A DNA stretch of 59,901 nucleotides, counting the filler, from Sphacelaria rigidula (Eukaryota): NCBI GenBank assembly GCA_964200075.2. It is 4 parts of 4 records of this genome, joined end to end, with 100 filler letters (N's around TTAATTAATTAA, not from the genome) between each part and the next. Parts side by side here need not be neighbours in the genome. Positions count along the whole stretch, not along the records: positions 15,005 to 29,905 come from CAXNAA020001997.1; positions 30,006 to 44,906 come from CAXNAA020001998.1; 2 more parts are not named here. One strand, written 5' to 3'. How positions within the stretch are numbered: the stretch's first letter is position 1; every line of letters begins with the position of its first letter. This document shows positions 24,206 to 37,787 of the stretch, one piece after another. The translations under genes and the position numbers were made by a program. A model generated the notes under the pieces. It did no database searches and was not told the origin of the DNA. It saw only the letters and a program-made list of their open reading frames with translations.

Positions 24206-27200
24206 GTACGTGCAGCAAGCACCACGGTGAAAGATACCCCTCAGCCATGTTTTTCGTCTGTATGCTTCATGATACACACACACTTTCCCGCTACTGTTTG
24301 CTTCGTAGTTTTTGAGCCCATCAGCTGTGCAGCCTGTAGCCACGAATAGTACACACACTCGTGAAGCTTAGCTCATGCGGAGCGGTTCATAGCTTGATCG
24401 TGTTCTGTGGCCAAAATGAAATGGCAGCCGAAGTTTGACGGGACTTGTCACCGTCCCGAGCATTTGTCCGGACCTCCGAAAATAGTAGAGATGATACAAA
24501 GTACATATCCAACCATGCTAACTGCCGTCCAAGTAAGATGCTGTAAACTGTACTCACCAACCATGATCAAGTCATACAATACATATAACCGAACAGATTT
24601 TTTTTTCATTGTCGACACCAAACTTCAGAAAAGTTGAGAAGTTGTTCCCGTGGTCCGGTTCTTTGGTTCCGAAAGCTATTTATCAAAACTCTTTCCGTTT
24701 CTTGTCGCCTACAGCGACGTACGCTGGTGTGCTGTCTGTACTCAACAGCACTAGAGTCAAACAATCGTACACAACACAGTAGTGGGACAGTGGGCACGTA
24801 CAGCTTAGTCGCCGCTGCGCGGAAAATATAGGCCGAAATGATCGTAAAGCCCAGAGTATTTTTGCTCTGGTGCCATGCACAACCTGCGGTGAATCGAAAA
24901 ACTGATGACGAACTTGAAACGTGCGTGCACAAAAAGTATATTGGTGTACACCTGTACACTCTATAGTTCTGATTTAGATGCGCGGAGATGGAACGCAGAG
25001 TTTCGGGGCACAGCTCCTGCACGTAAAACCATACTCTCTGCACGTCGCTTTCGCGCGACGGATTTCTTCCTTGTCAGACATGCAGAGCAATGATGATTGA
25101 TGACAGATACCTGTTACTGAGAAGAGTCCGACGAAGAAATTTGTTCCGACCCGCGAGTTTTTCGTGATCAGTGGTTGCCGCAAACCGAGTGGGATTGGGT
25201 GCGGTCAGCGTCCTAAACAGAGTGTCTATTAGCAAAGCTCTAGTCAGCGCAGCAGGCATGGGCCGATGTGAGCGAAAACGCATGCTGCGCGCGCTCGAAG
25301 CGCCACTTGGGACTGTCATCCCTCCGAAGATGTGAATCTGAGGGCACTAGATCAAAATCTAGTACGTTCAACCATGGAAAAATTGACGACGAACTCGCGA
25401 GAAAAAATTTGCTGCGCTCTCACGTTCGTAGCCTTCGTCTTCCCACAAACGTTAACACTTGACTCCACGAAGATGCCATTTACAAAATTCCCGCGCTTGG
25501 CAGATATGACGATGCGTCCAAAACCTCGAAATGCCACCTATCGCAGTTCAAGGTGTAAAAACGTCACCCCCCCGTCTGTGCCGGCTAGAGCTGGAGTTGT
25601 CTCGAAGGCTCACGAGGGGAGGCGAACGGGGGGCGCACACACGCGCGATGTTCGAAGTTGATGTGTGCACTTTGGCTTCGAGACGTGGTCCGTGTCAACC
25701 ACATGATCGACCTCCGCATGACAAGCACATCGGGAGCGCTACGCACGCAGTCTCGTGTGTAGCATACAATGGAGTTCAAAGCACAGAACAACGTGCAATC
25801 TGTGTAGACAAAATTGGGTTGCTCAAGAATGAGCTAGAGAGGCTGGCCGGCGCACACCTAACCTATGAATGTCGCCGAGACCTACAGTACCGTTTGTATA
25901 GCAGAGTCACTGGGCTGCCCAATAAGCACCACAACAGAGTATTTTAAAAAAGAAAGGTTCATCCCCGGAACAGCGCTTTCTCCAACCTGAAACTCACGAT
26001 GAGGATTTATTATTTTCCGACCTGATGCTCTCCTCTCGATCGCGTAGGACTCTTCCTCGCGACTTTTACTCACTATATATTCCCGCGGCGCTAAGCAAAA
26101 AAATAACATTTCTCGCCTCGATTTGGAGATGACGAAATCTGCAGCAGCGGATTATTAAATTGATGAATTACCCAACAACGTGCTCACGGGGTTGAGAGTA
26201 GGGCGCTGGTTGAGAGTGTCTTTGATCATTCGCTTTAACTTAGCCATTTTTTAATGACTTGTGTGCTTTTCTTTGCCTCTGTCACTGGCGTGTGTGCTCA
26301 CAGCTACACGTCGACATTCTATTCAGGGATATCAAGGGCCTCAGTGACAAGCTAATACAGAAAGCATATTGGGCCTCGTGGAGGGGCATCTCGGAACTGA
26401 AACTGTTCTTCTCACTCCCAATCGTATCCTCCACTCTCAATCTCACTGAAACATTGTTTCTCATGCGTGTCGGAGAAAGTAGAGAATGTCCGAGAATGTC
26501 CGGGATTTGGGGATAAATTCAATAATAGTCGATAACACCTTTCAGGCGTACTGAGTCAGTGAAGGCCGCTGCAGAACTATCCACGCGATCGAGGGGAGCA
26601 AGATTTGGCAGAAAGCCGTTCGCCATAAGTAATTTTCAAGGTCGGCGAAAACGCTCGTTCGGTGTTGGACCTCAGCTCTGGGGTTGAGCACGAGGCCTCG
26701 TAGACTCGAGATGGGGCTCATCATTGTCCTCAGCGGTCGAAATTTTTAAGCAATTTCCCGAAAGTTCGGATATCATGCTCAAAAATTACAAAACCTTTTC
26801 CCCGTAAATCCTGCCACGTTTGCCTTAGTCCATACCGTTCCTTCGACCACAAAAGGTTTGGCATCTTTACCATCTCTATAGGGGGCAACCGCGCACAAGA
26901 ACCAGTATTTGGGGGGTACGTGGTGTGTATTGACATACATGGACACAAATGAAGCGCGCCGCAGCCAAATAAACGGGTAATCCTGCGGCGGCCATGGCGG
27001 GAAATTTTTCGAATCGGCATCATTTTTACTTGGGAAAATGAACCGGCCACCCAGATGACCCTCCCTGGCGATCGAAGCGTGTTGATGTGATCGAGGGAGC
27101 TAGGTGTCGAACCCTTTCACCCCCGGGATAGATCATCTGATAAATCGGCATCATTTTTCTAGAATCGCCACGAATTCCATCCGTGAGGGTCCACACTTCT

Positions 27201-27917
27201 GCTACGACGCCAACTTGCTCTAGCCTATCTCGAAGTCCACCCGCCCCCGCCCTCATACCCGCCCATGCTCCCCTTTCTCGGCACTTCTGAAAAATGTAGA
27301 TATCATCAGCAAGTTTCATGGTGGTGTAGATACCTTCGTCAGCACCTCCGATTATTTTTACTGCAGGAGCGAGGTACAGGTCATGGATGATAGGTTACGT
27401 GAAAAGATGTATTGTTACACCGCCTCGCCTGGGTATGGAGCATCGTGTTCAGGTACCTCCAAAGATCAGCTGCACCACTGGGCCTTTTTTTCTTTCACCA
27501 CATCGGATCGATTTTTCTGACTCACGATTACAGGTACCTCGTACCAATATTCCCAAAACAGCAGTGTCAAATTTCACCATCCTGAAGCTAGGAACTTACT
27601 TGAAACAGGTGGACTATTATAGTTTCATCTTCGGACATACGACTTCGCCGGGTAACATAGTTACTTGGATTTAGAGTACAACTCCCTCCCCCCCCCACCC
27701 GACCACCTACGCCCCCCCAATATGGGCTCTGAGAAAAAAAAAAGGAAGACTGTACAGCTTTTCATTCATATGCTACCAGTCGGTAGCCGAAGTTTGTGAT
27801 TACGGCGCCGCGCAGCTCCGCCTGACGACGGCCGTTACCCCCAGCAACACTTTCCTTGGTACGGCGAATGTCTCTATTATGGTTTGGACCCCCCTTGCCC
27901 GAGCGTTCTCGTAGGCA

Positions 27918-27976
27918 TCGGGTTGGGGTTAGGGTCAGTGTTGTGGTTGGTTTGTTCGAAAAAATTAACCATAGAT
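27918..27976 (-). repeat. Second copy of the telomere-motif dispersed repeat
   Basis: The reverse complement matches 17640-17703. Confidence 0.7.
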
Positions 27977-28262
27977 TTTCGCTCAAAGCTACTTGTCTCC
28001 TCGCACCCACACCCTTTAAACGGACCGACCACCCAGTGCCTCCCTTTATAAACCCCTAGACTGTCAGCAGGCGAAAATGTTTCGAGGCGATGCTCGCGGT
28101 CAACGGGTGAAGCTTAAGCCTGGGGAGTGCACAAACCTATTCTTGGGGAAGAAAATGTCTCTCTTTGCGGCAGTCAGGAAAACAAACAAGCAAAATGACA
28201 ACATAACGCATACACGCAATAACAACAACAGTGTTGTTACCTTCACGGAACGTTGAAAACAG

Positions 28263-29095
28263 GTCGCGCCATCAACGTGCCTCACAATACACGGAGATAC
28301 CACCTCCTCTCAGGCAGCCGTTCTCTCAGGACCCCCGCCGGGGGGCGGTGGCGACATCGGCGCCAGCGACAGAGGAAAAAACGGATATAAACCTCCAGCA
28401 TTTCCGGCATTAGGGACACCCTCGACAGCGGATAGTGAACGTGTGCAGGGCAGTAGCCCCGACGGTTGCTGCGGCGGACTCTTCGACGTCTACGGCAACG
28501 CCACTCTGACACTCGAGAATCTTGTATTCTCGTACTCTCCTTCGTTCCTCCGGCATCACGGCGATGGGGAGGAGGAGAAGGACGAGGACGGCAAGGATGG
28601 CGAGGGTGAGGATGGAGATGTCGGCGTTAACGACGACGATGACTGTCAAACACGGCGAGCAAAGGATAGAAGTGTGAGCAAACCACAACAGCGCCAGCAG
28701 CAGCAGCAACAACAAGGGCTGCGCTCCAACAAAAAAAACAACCCGTCTCTAGTTAATATCGGCGTGATCGTCGACCACCAACGGACATACAGCAGGACAG
28801 AACGGTCAGCATCGACCTCCGCTGGAGGATTCCTGTACCTTCGGCCGGGCAGCACCGTAACAGCCCGCGACTGTACGTTTCACAACCATGAAAATTGCGG
28901 GGCAGTAGGGGCATCTGCAGGAAAACAGGGCGAAGACGGAGAGCCGGGTTTGAGGATGATATGGCGCGGTAAACACCGCGCAGGGTGTAGTGCTTACGTT
29001 TCCGCAGATGCTAGATTAGAGTTATGCGGTGGCACGACCGTCCTCTTTAGTAAAGGCGATGACGCATCGGTATACAGCCGGGGCACGATCATCGC

Positions 29096-29131
<36 letters not shown>

Positions 29132-29586
29132 CGTTCACGCGGGTTCTCGTCAAGACCTGACGATCACGGGAGGGCGCGATACATCACACGCGGCGTGTCT
29201 GCGTGTTGTTGCGGCAGCACCCGGAGTGTTAACGGTGGGATTCGTTGAGTCCTCACATGATTTCGGTGTGGAACACGCGAAATCCGGTGAGAAATCCGAT
29301 GTACAATCCCTCGAGGAACAACCTGAATACTTTCTTCCACGAATCGACACAGTTACGGTGGGCAGAGCGGCCCGCGGGGTAGGCAATAACGCGGCGGCAG
29401 ATGCCATCGGCGGCCGTGACGCGTCGGCGACGACCGTGAATGGTAGCAGCAGTGCTGATGCTGGCAAGGCTTTAGGAACGCGGGAGCAGGAGGGTTGGGA
29501 GGAACGGGACCAGTCGAGAAGGGCGAGAATAAATTTATTCCGTACGCTGCATGAGCTGACGTGTACCGACGTCTACGTGGGGGCTG
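28263..29586 (+). CDS. Pmp/adhesin-like protein, exon 2 (gene continues beyond the contig)
   Basis: CAG|GTC acceptor at 28263, an open frame that includes ORF 28443-29717, the motifs GLFDVYGNATLTLENLVF and GGFLYLRPGSTVTARDCTFHN, and a G|GTGAGT donor at 29587. It contains poly-Q and poly-D tracts. Confidence 0.7.
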
Positions 29587-29862
29587 GTGAGTCTCGCATA
29601 CCCATCGTTTGTGCAAGGGTCGGGTTGTTTTGTATCCCTCCCTGTTCTTGTTCTCGTTTTTTCGTTTTGAGAGTAGTGTGGGAATTGCGTTCTGAACCCT
29701 TTCGAGCATCGACGTAAATGACGGACAACTGTTCCAGGTGATTCAAAGTCACTTTTTTATAGATTCATGAATATATCACGTGCACATGATCAATATGGAT
29801 TCACAAGGTGTGGACGGATCACGGCGCATTACGTGATCAACATTTTTGCTTTTTATGTCATA

Positions 29863-29886
29863 CTTCCTCTGCCCCATAAGTAAAGT
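29863..29886 (+). mobile_element. Terminus of another Stowaway-like MITE at the contig end
   Basis: TA|CTTCCTCTGCCCCATAAGTAAAG is nearly identical to the TIR at 18928/19435. Confidence 0.6.
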
Positions 29887-29905
29887 CCGTTATGTTTATA
29901 CGAGC

Positions 29906-30005
29906 NNNNNNNNNNNNNNNNNNNNNNNNNNNNNNNNNNNNNNNNNNNNTTAATTAATTAANNNNNNNNNNNNNNNNNNNNNNNNNNNNNNNNNNNNNNN
30001 NNNNN
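29906..30005. other. Artificial contig-joining linker
   Basis: N44-TTAATTAATTAA-N44. Confidence 0.98.
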
Positions 30006-30174
30006 GATGGCAACGAGGGCGCCAAGTGACGGACGGACATTTCCATGTCTCATAAATATCTGATTGATTTCGATTGATTGATACATTTTTTTTTGTTCTT
30101 GTTTCTCACTCTTTTTTTTGTGTGTGTGGATCTGCTTTGTTTTTTGCTTCGTTTCCTCATACTGTACCTTATTT

Positions 30175-30272
30175 AAGGTACCTAGCCTGTGACCACGGAA
30201 GGCGTCCACGTCAGAATCAGAAGCCCAGTACGAACATACCGCGCAGATATCGGAACGGTTTTTAATGTGAAG

Positions 30273-30312
<40 letters not shown>

Positions 30313-30330
30313 AAACAACAACAACAACAA
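30175..30330 (+). mobile_element. Putative 3' end of a non-LTR retroelement with an (ACA)n tail
   Basis: GGTAC..GTGACCACGG...AATGTGAAGACAACAACAAC has the same architecture as 40646-40729. Confidence 0.45.
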
Positions 30331-31339
30331 CTTCTATCTGCTCCCCTTCCTTACTCGGGACGAGTCCGTGGTCGCAAGGAATCAACTCATCCACGACATT
30401 TCTTCCTCGGTACACGTCCTACACTGTCGTGTCGCGGATTCATCACCGCTTATGCACCGCGTCGACTGTCGTCCAAGCCACAAGCTCAGTCGAACAGACG
30501 CATTTGGCTTTACTCCGGTCCTCACGCTTTCAAGGGACGGAGAATCATAGAGTTCCGAACATGAGGTCGAAACTAGACGTGCGTTATCCAACCCAATGGC
30601 ATCAGTTGCACAGCCTGAACAGTAAGTAGACTTCAGTGTCAGAATATATGCTGCGTCCAGTATGGAATAATATTGTATATTGCAACAGACGCAATAGTCT
30701 TTGTGGAAGACGCAATAGCCGATACCGTACGTAGCACGTGGTACACTTGTTGACAGTGCAATCTACTGTTTAGGGTGTGGTTAGTTGTGAGTCGTCCAAA
30801 TATAGGGGGGGGGTACTCATGATCATGCGTGCCATAGCCATCTTACCATTGACCTCGTATCCCTACACAGCCGGGGCGGAACACGCCGGGTTCTCGCCGG
30901 ACCAGGCTCGCACTCAGTTACCAAGCGCGAAGCGCCGTGGTGTGTTCGGCGAGTCGCATGAAGGGTAAGCTGCATCCTGCTACAAGCTGGGCCAGCCTAA
31001 AAACCGGTTCAAGCTATAAAAGCAATATCTCGTCGACACAGACGAGTTGGGCCGTGATCCGCATATCGTACTAATTGTCTAACCAAGGGCAAGGTGCCCA
31101 TCTGCTTGAAGTTTGGGCCCATATGTTCTCGTTGATTGAACCCCACGTCTAGTGATTCCTATACCTAACGGAGATGGCGTCCATACCAAAATCTATATGA
31201 AACCCCCGATCGATGCATTTAGCGGATGGTGACGAATTTCGGTGTGGACATTCTCTGGAGCAAGGGAAGACGATAGATACCCTCAACTTCACCTAATTCC
31301 TTATCTATGCCGAGATATGGCGCACATAAGTTTTATACA

Positions 31340-31445
31340 AAAATCAATACTACGAGCAGAGGCACTAGATGCCCTAAATCTGGATATCGCGTCTCAGTTT
31401 TTGAGAGTTATTCCATAAAATTTCGTGTGGTGAACTGCTAGTGCA
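31340..31445 (+). repeat. Dispersed repeat shared with about 58200-58300 (inverted)
   Basis: GAGCAGAGGCACT...CGTCTC...TGAGAG.TAT.CC..AAA.TT.GT.TGG is present in both. Confidence 0.6.
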
Positions 31446-33761
31446 TGATAAAATAAAATAAAACGGCATGTTTCGTTTTGTTTTTTTTCGTGTTTTTAGT
31501 GGAGCTTTGAGGAGAAATGTACGTTGCTCTTAGGCCTCACTCATCTCAATGTTTTAGCTCAATTTTTAGAACTGTGATTTGAAAGTTAGCATGGAGAACC
31601 ACAAAAGTGTGCCCCATTGAAAAAATAAATGGGCCTTCATTTTTTTTTCATAGATGTTAAGGCGTTCTCGTGAAGAAATGGTCTTTACCATACTAGAACG
31701 CCCCAAACCAGTGGGAAAAATAATTGAAAAAAAACTGGTCCACAGAGTGTTGTCAATTATGCCTTAGAGAGCGCCCACACAAAATTTCAAGACACGAAAA
31801 CCAAACGTGGGCGGGTGAGCGACCTTCAAAATAATGTTCCGAAATTCTACCGATCCGATTCTTAAAAGGCGTTTGCTCACCCCAATATTTAGAGTTGGAG
31901 CGTAAAAATTGGTATGGACAATGCATGGGGCATAAAAAAAATATACCTCGAAAGCTGATTATTGCCCTTAACTCATGAGAAAAAAAAAAGTTTTGGTACC
32001 GAGGTAATTTTTTTTCACCCCTTCTGGAACCCTCCCCTCCTGTCCCCTGGCCAAACGCCTTATTATGAGAAGCCCTGACGAAGACAAATAGATGGGAACA
32101 GAAAAGATCGACGGCAACCATTTTTATAATGGAAGACCGAAGAAGAATGTCCTCCCTGGAAAGCTCGGGTGAGGTTTGTCCAATCATACCACGCAACGGA
32201 TGAAGTGTGTCCAATTGTATCCATTGACAATAATCAGCAAAACCACAATGAAACATTTCATTAAAAAAACAGCAGTGGGTCCCAGGTTCCAATCAGGCAC
32301 ATCCGTATATTAGCATTCCCGCATTTGCAAATAAGGAAAGCACCGCTTTGACGGGCTGCAGCATAGGGTGGCGAAATTGCCAAGCCACACCGTACATACA
32401 GCATAGTATGGCTGAACCCAGCGAGATCCCGTCACCACATGTGGAAGGCACAGTGGGTTGTGCGGGTGGTACATGGCGGGCGTAATCACAGGCGTCCGAA
32501 CAGGCGATATACATGTACACGGGAGGGAGCCGACGGACACCGCCTACCGTAATCAGGCCAGATAAAAAACAATACAGTCAGTGGTAGGTTACAGTATTGA
32601 CTTGCGGCTACACTCCGTGCAAGATAAATATGGGCGCGTCGTGAAAAGTCGGCCACGAGAGTAGACAGCACGAGACGATAGCGGTAGCCGGCGTCATGAA
32701 TCTCATGCAGCATGAAATATGTCTATGCAACGGTCGGGAACGATCAACCCGCGGTATAGATGTGGCGGGGCAACTGTGCCTTTCGCTACGCCGTTGTGTA
32801 ATAGTCAGCCCGAAGTATGATGTCGGCAAGTACTTGGCAGAGCGCAGTTCTGTGGATGCCCCGCGTTTTACAGAGATATTTTCAAAATACAATACAGACA
32901 TGACACGAAGCAGTAAGTCATCGCCCCTGGGGCGACGGCACTTGGCAGACTCTACACCACAGTGACGGTGCATAACTGCAGGGCACATGGCGTCTGCGTC
33001 GCCTTTACCCATTTCTCAAAGGGCGGGATGGTGCTGTCGGAACGTGCATGAGCGCGATGTTGTACATGACGTGAGTCTGCAGTCGAGATTACCCCAAACT
33101 GCTGTAAATACACCCAGTACTGTACAGGGCAGTGTCGCAGCACCCCCGGCGGCACGGAAATGTGACTGCCTGGGATTGTATACCGCCACTTCATACATTT
33201 AGCGAATGTGCCATCGGCGTTGCCCTTGTTGCTATGACACTGCAAAGAGTATAAACTGCAGCGGGCAGGGCGTGCAGGTCAGGCCGGAAGCATGCTTCAC
33301 AGAGGCCTGCCGCGCACTGTCGCCGGGGAAAGAGCTCGTAAGTGTAGAAATAAACGCCGACGGGTCGCAGCAAGAAACTAGGAAACCTTCTTTTGTCCCA
33401 CGTGTCACTCGTACGGGTCTGAAAAATACGCCCAAAATTGTTGCGTCTAAGCTGTGAACCATCAACCATATCTTGTTCAAAAACCGTCAATTGCAGATGA
33501 TCAATTTTCCATTGTGAGTTCCAAAAGAGTTAATGCCCAATGCACCATACCAATTTTTACGCTCGAACTCTAAATATTGGGGTGAGCAAACGCATGTAAA
33601 CTTCAAATCCGCCACTAGGCTGGTCCAGCTCGTAACATTGTTCGGCCCGAAGCCTACTGATTATCTTGCATTTGGATGACAGCCTCAAATGAGTTGCTTC
33701 ATTTTCTGGTATCGCCACTTTCGGAGACAGCCACGGCTTATACACTGCCTCATGGGTGTCT

Positions 33762-33930
33762 CACCATTTAAACACTACGTAGTACGATCATCCCCATTGC
33801 GCGCAGTCGAGGTTTTCTCCCACGCCGCACAAGATAATCTAGCTGGGCTGCCATCATAGTCACTGCTAAAAAAATGCAAGCGCGCAAAACAAAACCGATA
33901 GCCTGGTTGCCTAGCTTACGCAGTGAGTGT
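33762..33930 (-). repeat. Dispersed repeat shared with 48040-48205
   Basis: The reverse complement CACTGCGT.AGCTAGGCAACCAGGCT...GGGATGATCGTACTACG..TGTTT.AATGG matches. Confidence 0.8.
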
Positions 33931-34318
33931 TTTACAGCGTCATCGCCAACCGACGTCAACATCATCGAGGGTCCTCCCCTACAGAGCCGGAAGGGGTTGA
34001 TGAGACAAAACGAAGGGGTTCATGGGTGTCTTACACCGCCTCAAACACTCCTTCTGCGTTTGACGGTGGAAGAAGTTTCAGAGCTGTCCGAATGCGTGGG
34101 TTGCGTTGATAACCGAGTGATACTGAAACGATATTTTCTGCCGGCATCGACACTTCAAACAGCCCCCCCCGCCCCCTAGCAGTACAAGATAGAGGTAGGG
34201 TACCGTACAAGACATGTGAAACGAACCGGCCAGAGGTAGAGTTTAAACACCTCATCACCGTCTCATAGAGGAGAGGTTGGTGAAGACACGGTAGTACATA
34301 TTTTGTGCCAGAAACTGA

Positions 34319-34335
34319 TGTGTGTGTGTGTGTGT

Positions 34336-34390
<55 letters not shown>
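34319..34390. repeat. (TG)n microsatellite
   Basis: Directly visible in the sequence. Confidence 0.97.
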
Positions 34391-34391
<1 letters not shown>

Positions 34392-35339
34392 ATGGGGTAG
34401 AAATATCAATGCAAAGCCCCCCCTTCGTGTCCCTGATCATTGTATCTCTCCACTGTACGAGGGCTCCGACTTCCACTTGGTTTGATCGTGCTCTGTGCTC
34501 TGTGCTGCGTGTGTGTAGTAAATCCATCTTGATCCACGTCACACCCGAATTACACGTATACAGTACCGCCTCGCGATATTTTTGGTGTGCGATCCTGGAC
34601 TACACTTGTTGTACACCACACTCAACAAGATCCGCCCCAACTTGCCGTCGGCAGCCGGGGCCCGCATGGCTCGCAAAGCCCGCAAAGTAGTGGAGTACAC
34701 GACAGAAGTGTAGAGATACAAGTACATAGCCCAATCATAATCTATTCCCGGTTTTAACCGCGCAGAACATAGATAAATAACAACAATACAATACTTGCAG
34801 GGATACCTTGCAAACATGTGTTTCTATGGTCTCAAACAGTAGTGGAATGCTGTCATGTTCAGGTTTTGTGGACGTTCATCTTTCAAGATCTGGATCTTTC
34901 AACTATGAGTATCCACCAGCACGTCGCCCTCTTGAGCCTTCCTTTTTTTCTTCTCAACATAAATCTCCCCCCCCCCCTCCCCCGTGTTTCTGTTTCTCAC
35001 CTTTCCGACGGGGGCGTGAGGGATGCACGATTGAGCCGCCTCCGCCAGCGCGTCCCCCGCTCTCAAGATGGACACTATGCAGACGAGGCTCTCGTCCACG
35101 TAAACGCTCGAAAATGTCGCGCCCGTGGGAGTGGTGATGAACGGTCGAGAGGACTCTAGACACGCAATGCCCTGTTTATGATATATAAGATCGAGAGAGA
35201 GACAACGACAACAACAACCACAACATACATAGAAGGGGACGAACAGGAGAGACAAGCACGCACTAGTTTGATCGATTGATTCGATTGACTTTATTATAGT
35301 AGTCAACATCACAAGTCTTCAGAATTCGTACTTGTTGTC

Positions 35340-37070
35340 GTTTTTGAGTTTTTCTCGAGTAATATTCTTCATCACCACTCAAAAGTGCTAGCGCCGGTCG
35401 ATTTGGGGGAAAGCGTAGGCCGCACTCAAACTACAATGCCCAAGTTGGTGTTTTTGGGGCGATACGGACAAGATACCCCGCTTAACAGGATGGTGTTATT
35501 GACCGTTTTTGACCCAATATCAACAGTTTTTCGCCTCTTCCGCAACGAGACGGTAAATGTTCAGATAAATGAATATGTATACAATGTTTCACACTTAACG
35601 ATTCGTGTTTCCCCCCTATACTGCACAGACCTCAGTCTAGCATTTTTTGCGGATGGCCTCTTTTCGGGGTTTTTCCGCGTAACATTCTCCATGAGCACTC
35701 GAAAGTGCTAGCGTTGATAGTTTTGGCAAAATAAGCAGACCATGCTCAAATCACAATGCACAAGTTGGTGTTATGGGGGCGATACGGAGTAAAGACCCCG
35801 TTTATCAGGAGAGTGTTATTGATAGAGAATGGTCCAAGAAACATAGTTTTCCGGCTTTTAGCGCAGTGAATAGGAGGAATTTCAAAAAAAGAATTATTTT
35901 TGAGTCGTCACTTATACGATCGGGATCGAGTCAGTCCATCGAAAATACCGAAAAGCTAGAACCTGGGGTTGCACTTTCGCAGGACCCCCGAAGATCGGTC
36001 AAACCCGTAAGTCACTCAATATTGATCGCAGATATTTCTTCTTTCAATATTTGTTGAGAGGATTAGAACATCTCCAGATGCCTATTTTTTGGCATCCAAC
36101 AGTCACTATGATGAGCGGTAGCACGCGAAACAAGTTTCGAATTTTTTTGAGAAACCAAGAAGTTACGAATTCTGCATACTTCTGACGCTGACTACTGTAG
36201 TGCATATAAAAAAATATTCCTCATCGGGTGGTTGGCGTATGAGTGTTGCACATTTAGTGAGTGTACTGATTGAGTGATTGATTCGATGACACATCGCGAT
36301 TGCACGAGTAGCCCATTGACTTTTCCGCTACGAAATGAAGCTGTAGTCATGAGATGGACGTACAGGTAGGTACAGGTATATTGGCCGCGGTACTCTCGTG
36401 TCGCTGGCAAAACAGGGCATATGACAACGACATTTTCGTTTTGTACAGGCGTTAAACTTGCGCTATTACTCTGACATGAACGTTTGACCAAAACATTCAC
36501 CCACCTGAATTCTGTAGGCGGCACTGTCTATGCCATACTCGACAGTAGTGGGCGGTCTGACTTTTCATTTTGTGATATTTTGTGATTTTTTCGTGACTGG
36601 CGATTTTCTTGGGCTCTTTTCGCTCGCCATCTCTTATCACATCGAGGATCTGAAGATATTTGTATCCGCTCCACATTCCAAGAGGAAAAAATCATATGTA
36701 CTCAATATTGAGTGACTTACGGGCTGACCGGTCATCGGGGGTCCTGTCACGTTTTAGCCCAGATTCTTACTCTTCTGTATTTTCGGTCGGTCGAGCCTGT
36801 CCCGATCATATTTGTGAAGAAATGCACAGTTGTATTGTTTATTCTGCCTACTCAGTGCGACTAGGGCCGAAAACTGTGTTTCACGGCCAATACCACCCTC
36901 CTGGTAAACGGGGTATTTACTCGTTTCGCCCGATAACACCAACTAACACTGACTTGGGCACTGTGTTTCGAAGATGATCTGTTTTGTTGCACCACAATCT
37001 ACCGACGCTAGCAATTTCGCGTTCTACCGAAGAGTAGTATGCGAGGAAAACCCCGAAACACCCCTAAATA
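35340..37070. mobile_element. Foldback-type element with about 400-bp inverted arms and a tandemly duplicated ~320-bp left subterminal module
   Basis: GTGCTAGCG..CAAGTTGGTGTT..GGGCGATACGGA..ACCCCG occurs at 35385 and 35705 and inverted at about 36880-37015. AGGACCCCCGA..CCCGTAAGTCACTCAATATTGA (about 35980-36025) is inverted at about 36700-36750. Confidence 0.7.
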
Positions 37071-37454
37071 GTTAGAGTCCACTACTGTATCTCGTTGTAC
37101 AATATACCCGAGAGTACAGGTGGTCAGTGGTTCAGTTCAGACGAATGTTTCATACCGTACAGTAGGGTGCACTTGAAGTATACCTCACCTCCGCGAGTTG
37201 CATAGATATTGCCTCTTGCAGGGATAGTACCACGGCATTACTCATCGTGTAAAACTCGAGTTGGGATTGCACAGGTCAGGATTGACAATCTTTGATTGTA
37301 CTTTCTCTCTGCTTGGCCGTGGCGCTGACCCGGACAACGCCTACATGGAAGAAGCCGTTGTCACGCGTACAAACTGGTCATCATTATTCCTGTTGAGCCG
37401 CAGCGTGTCTGTGCGTGCTGGTCGGCACCGGTACTCCACGCTTCACCAACAACC

Positions 37455-37787
37455 ATGCACGGCCACGGGCATAGATACCGACCAAGCGCACCACTTTCTG
37501 GCGTTTTTATTGTATATGCTGCTGTATATCTACGATTCTCGTCGGCGTTTGTAACGTCCTTTCAACATGCCAAATCTGGTGGGGTAAGGCGGTGCTGCCG
37601 GCCGATCCCTACAGTAGCAGGTAGCGGTAAGCTCCCAACAGCGCGTCGACCCGCTGCGTGCAATCTTGGGTCGTCGTGGTCCCATCGGACTCGCGCAAGG
37701 TACTCGGCAACTACATCTTCTTCAGAGACTGTCGGGGAGAAGCAGCTGGTGGCGCCGGAAAATGATGCGGGACTGGGATCTGACATG
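37455..37787 (+). CDS. SLC17/PHT4-like MFS anion (phosphate) transporter, exon 1 with bipartite plastid-targeting presequence
   Basis: ATG at 37455, a hydrophobic stretch ending SSA-FVT, an R/S-rich transit-like segment, and donor ATG|GTAGGC in phase 0. Confidence 0.6.

Noticed and set aside
32300-33500. Cluster of overlapping short ORFs as a transposase relic
   Set aside because: No DDE, HUH or other motif was recognisable.
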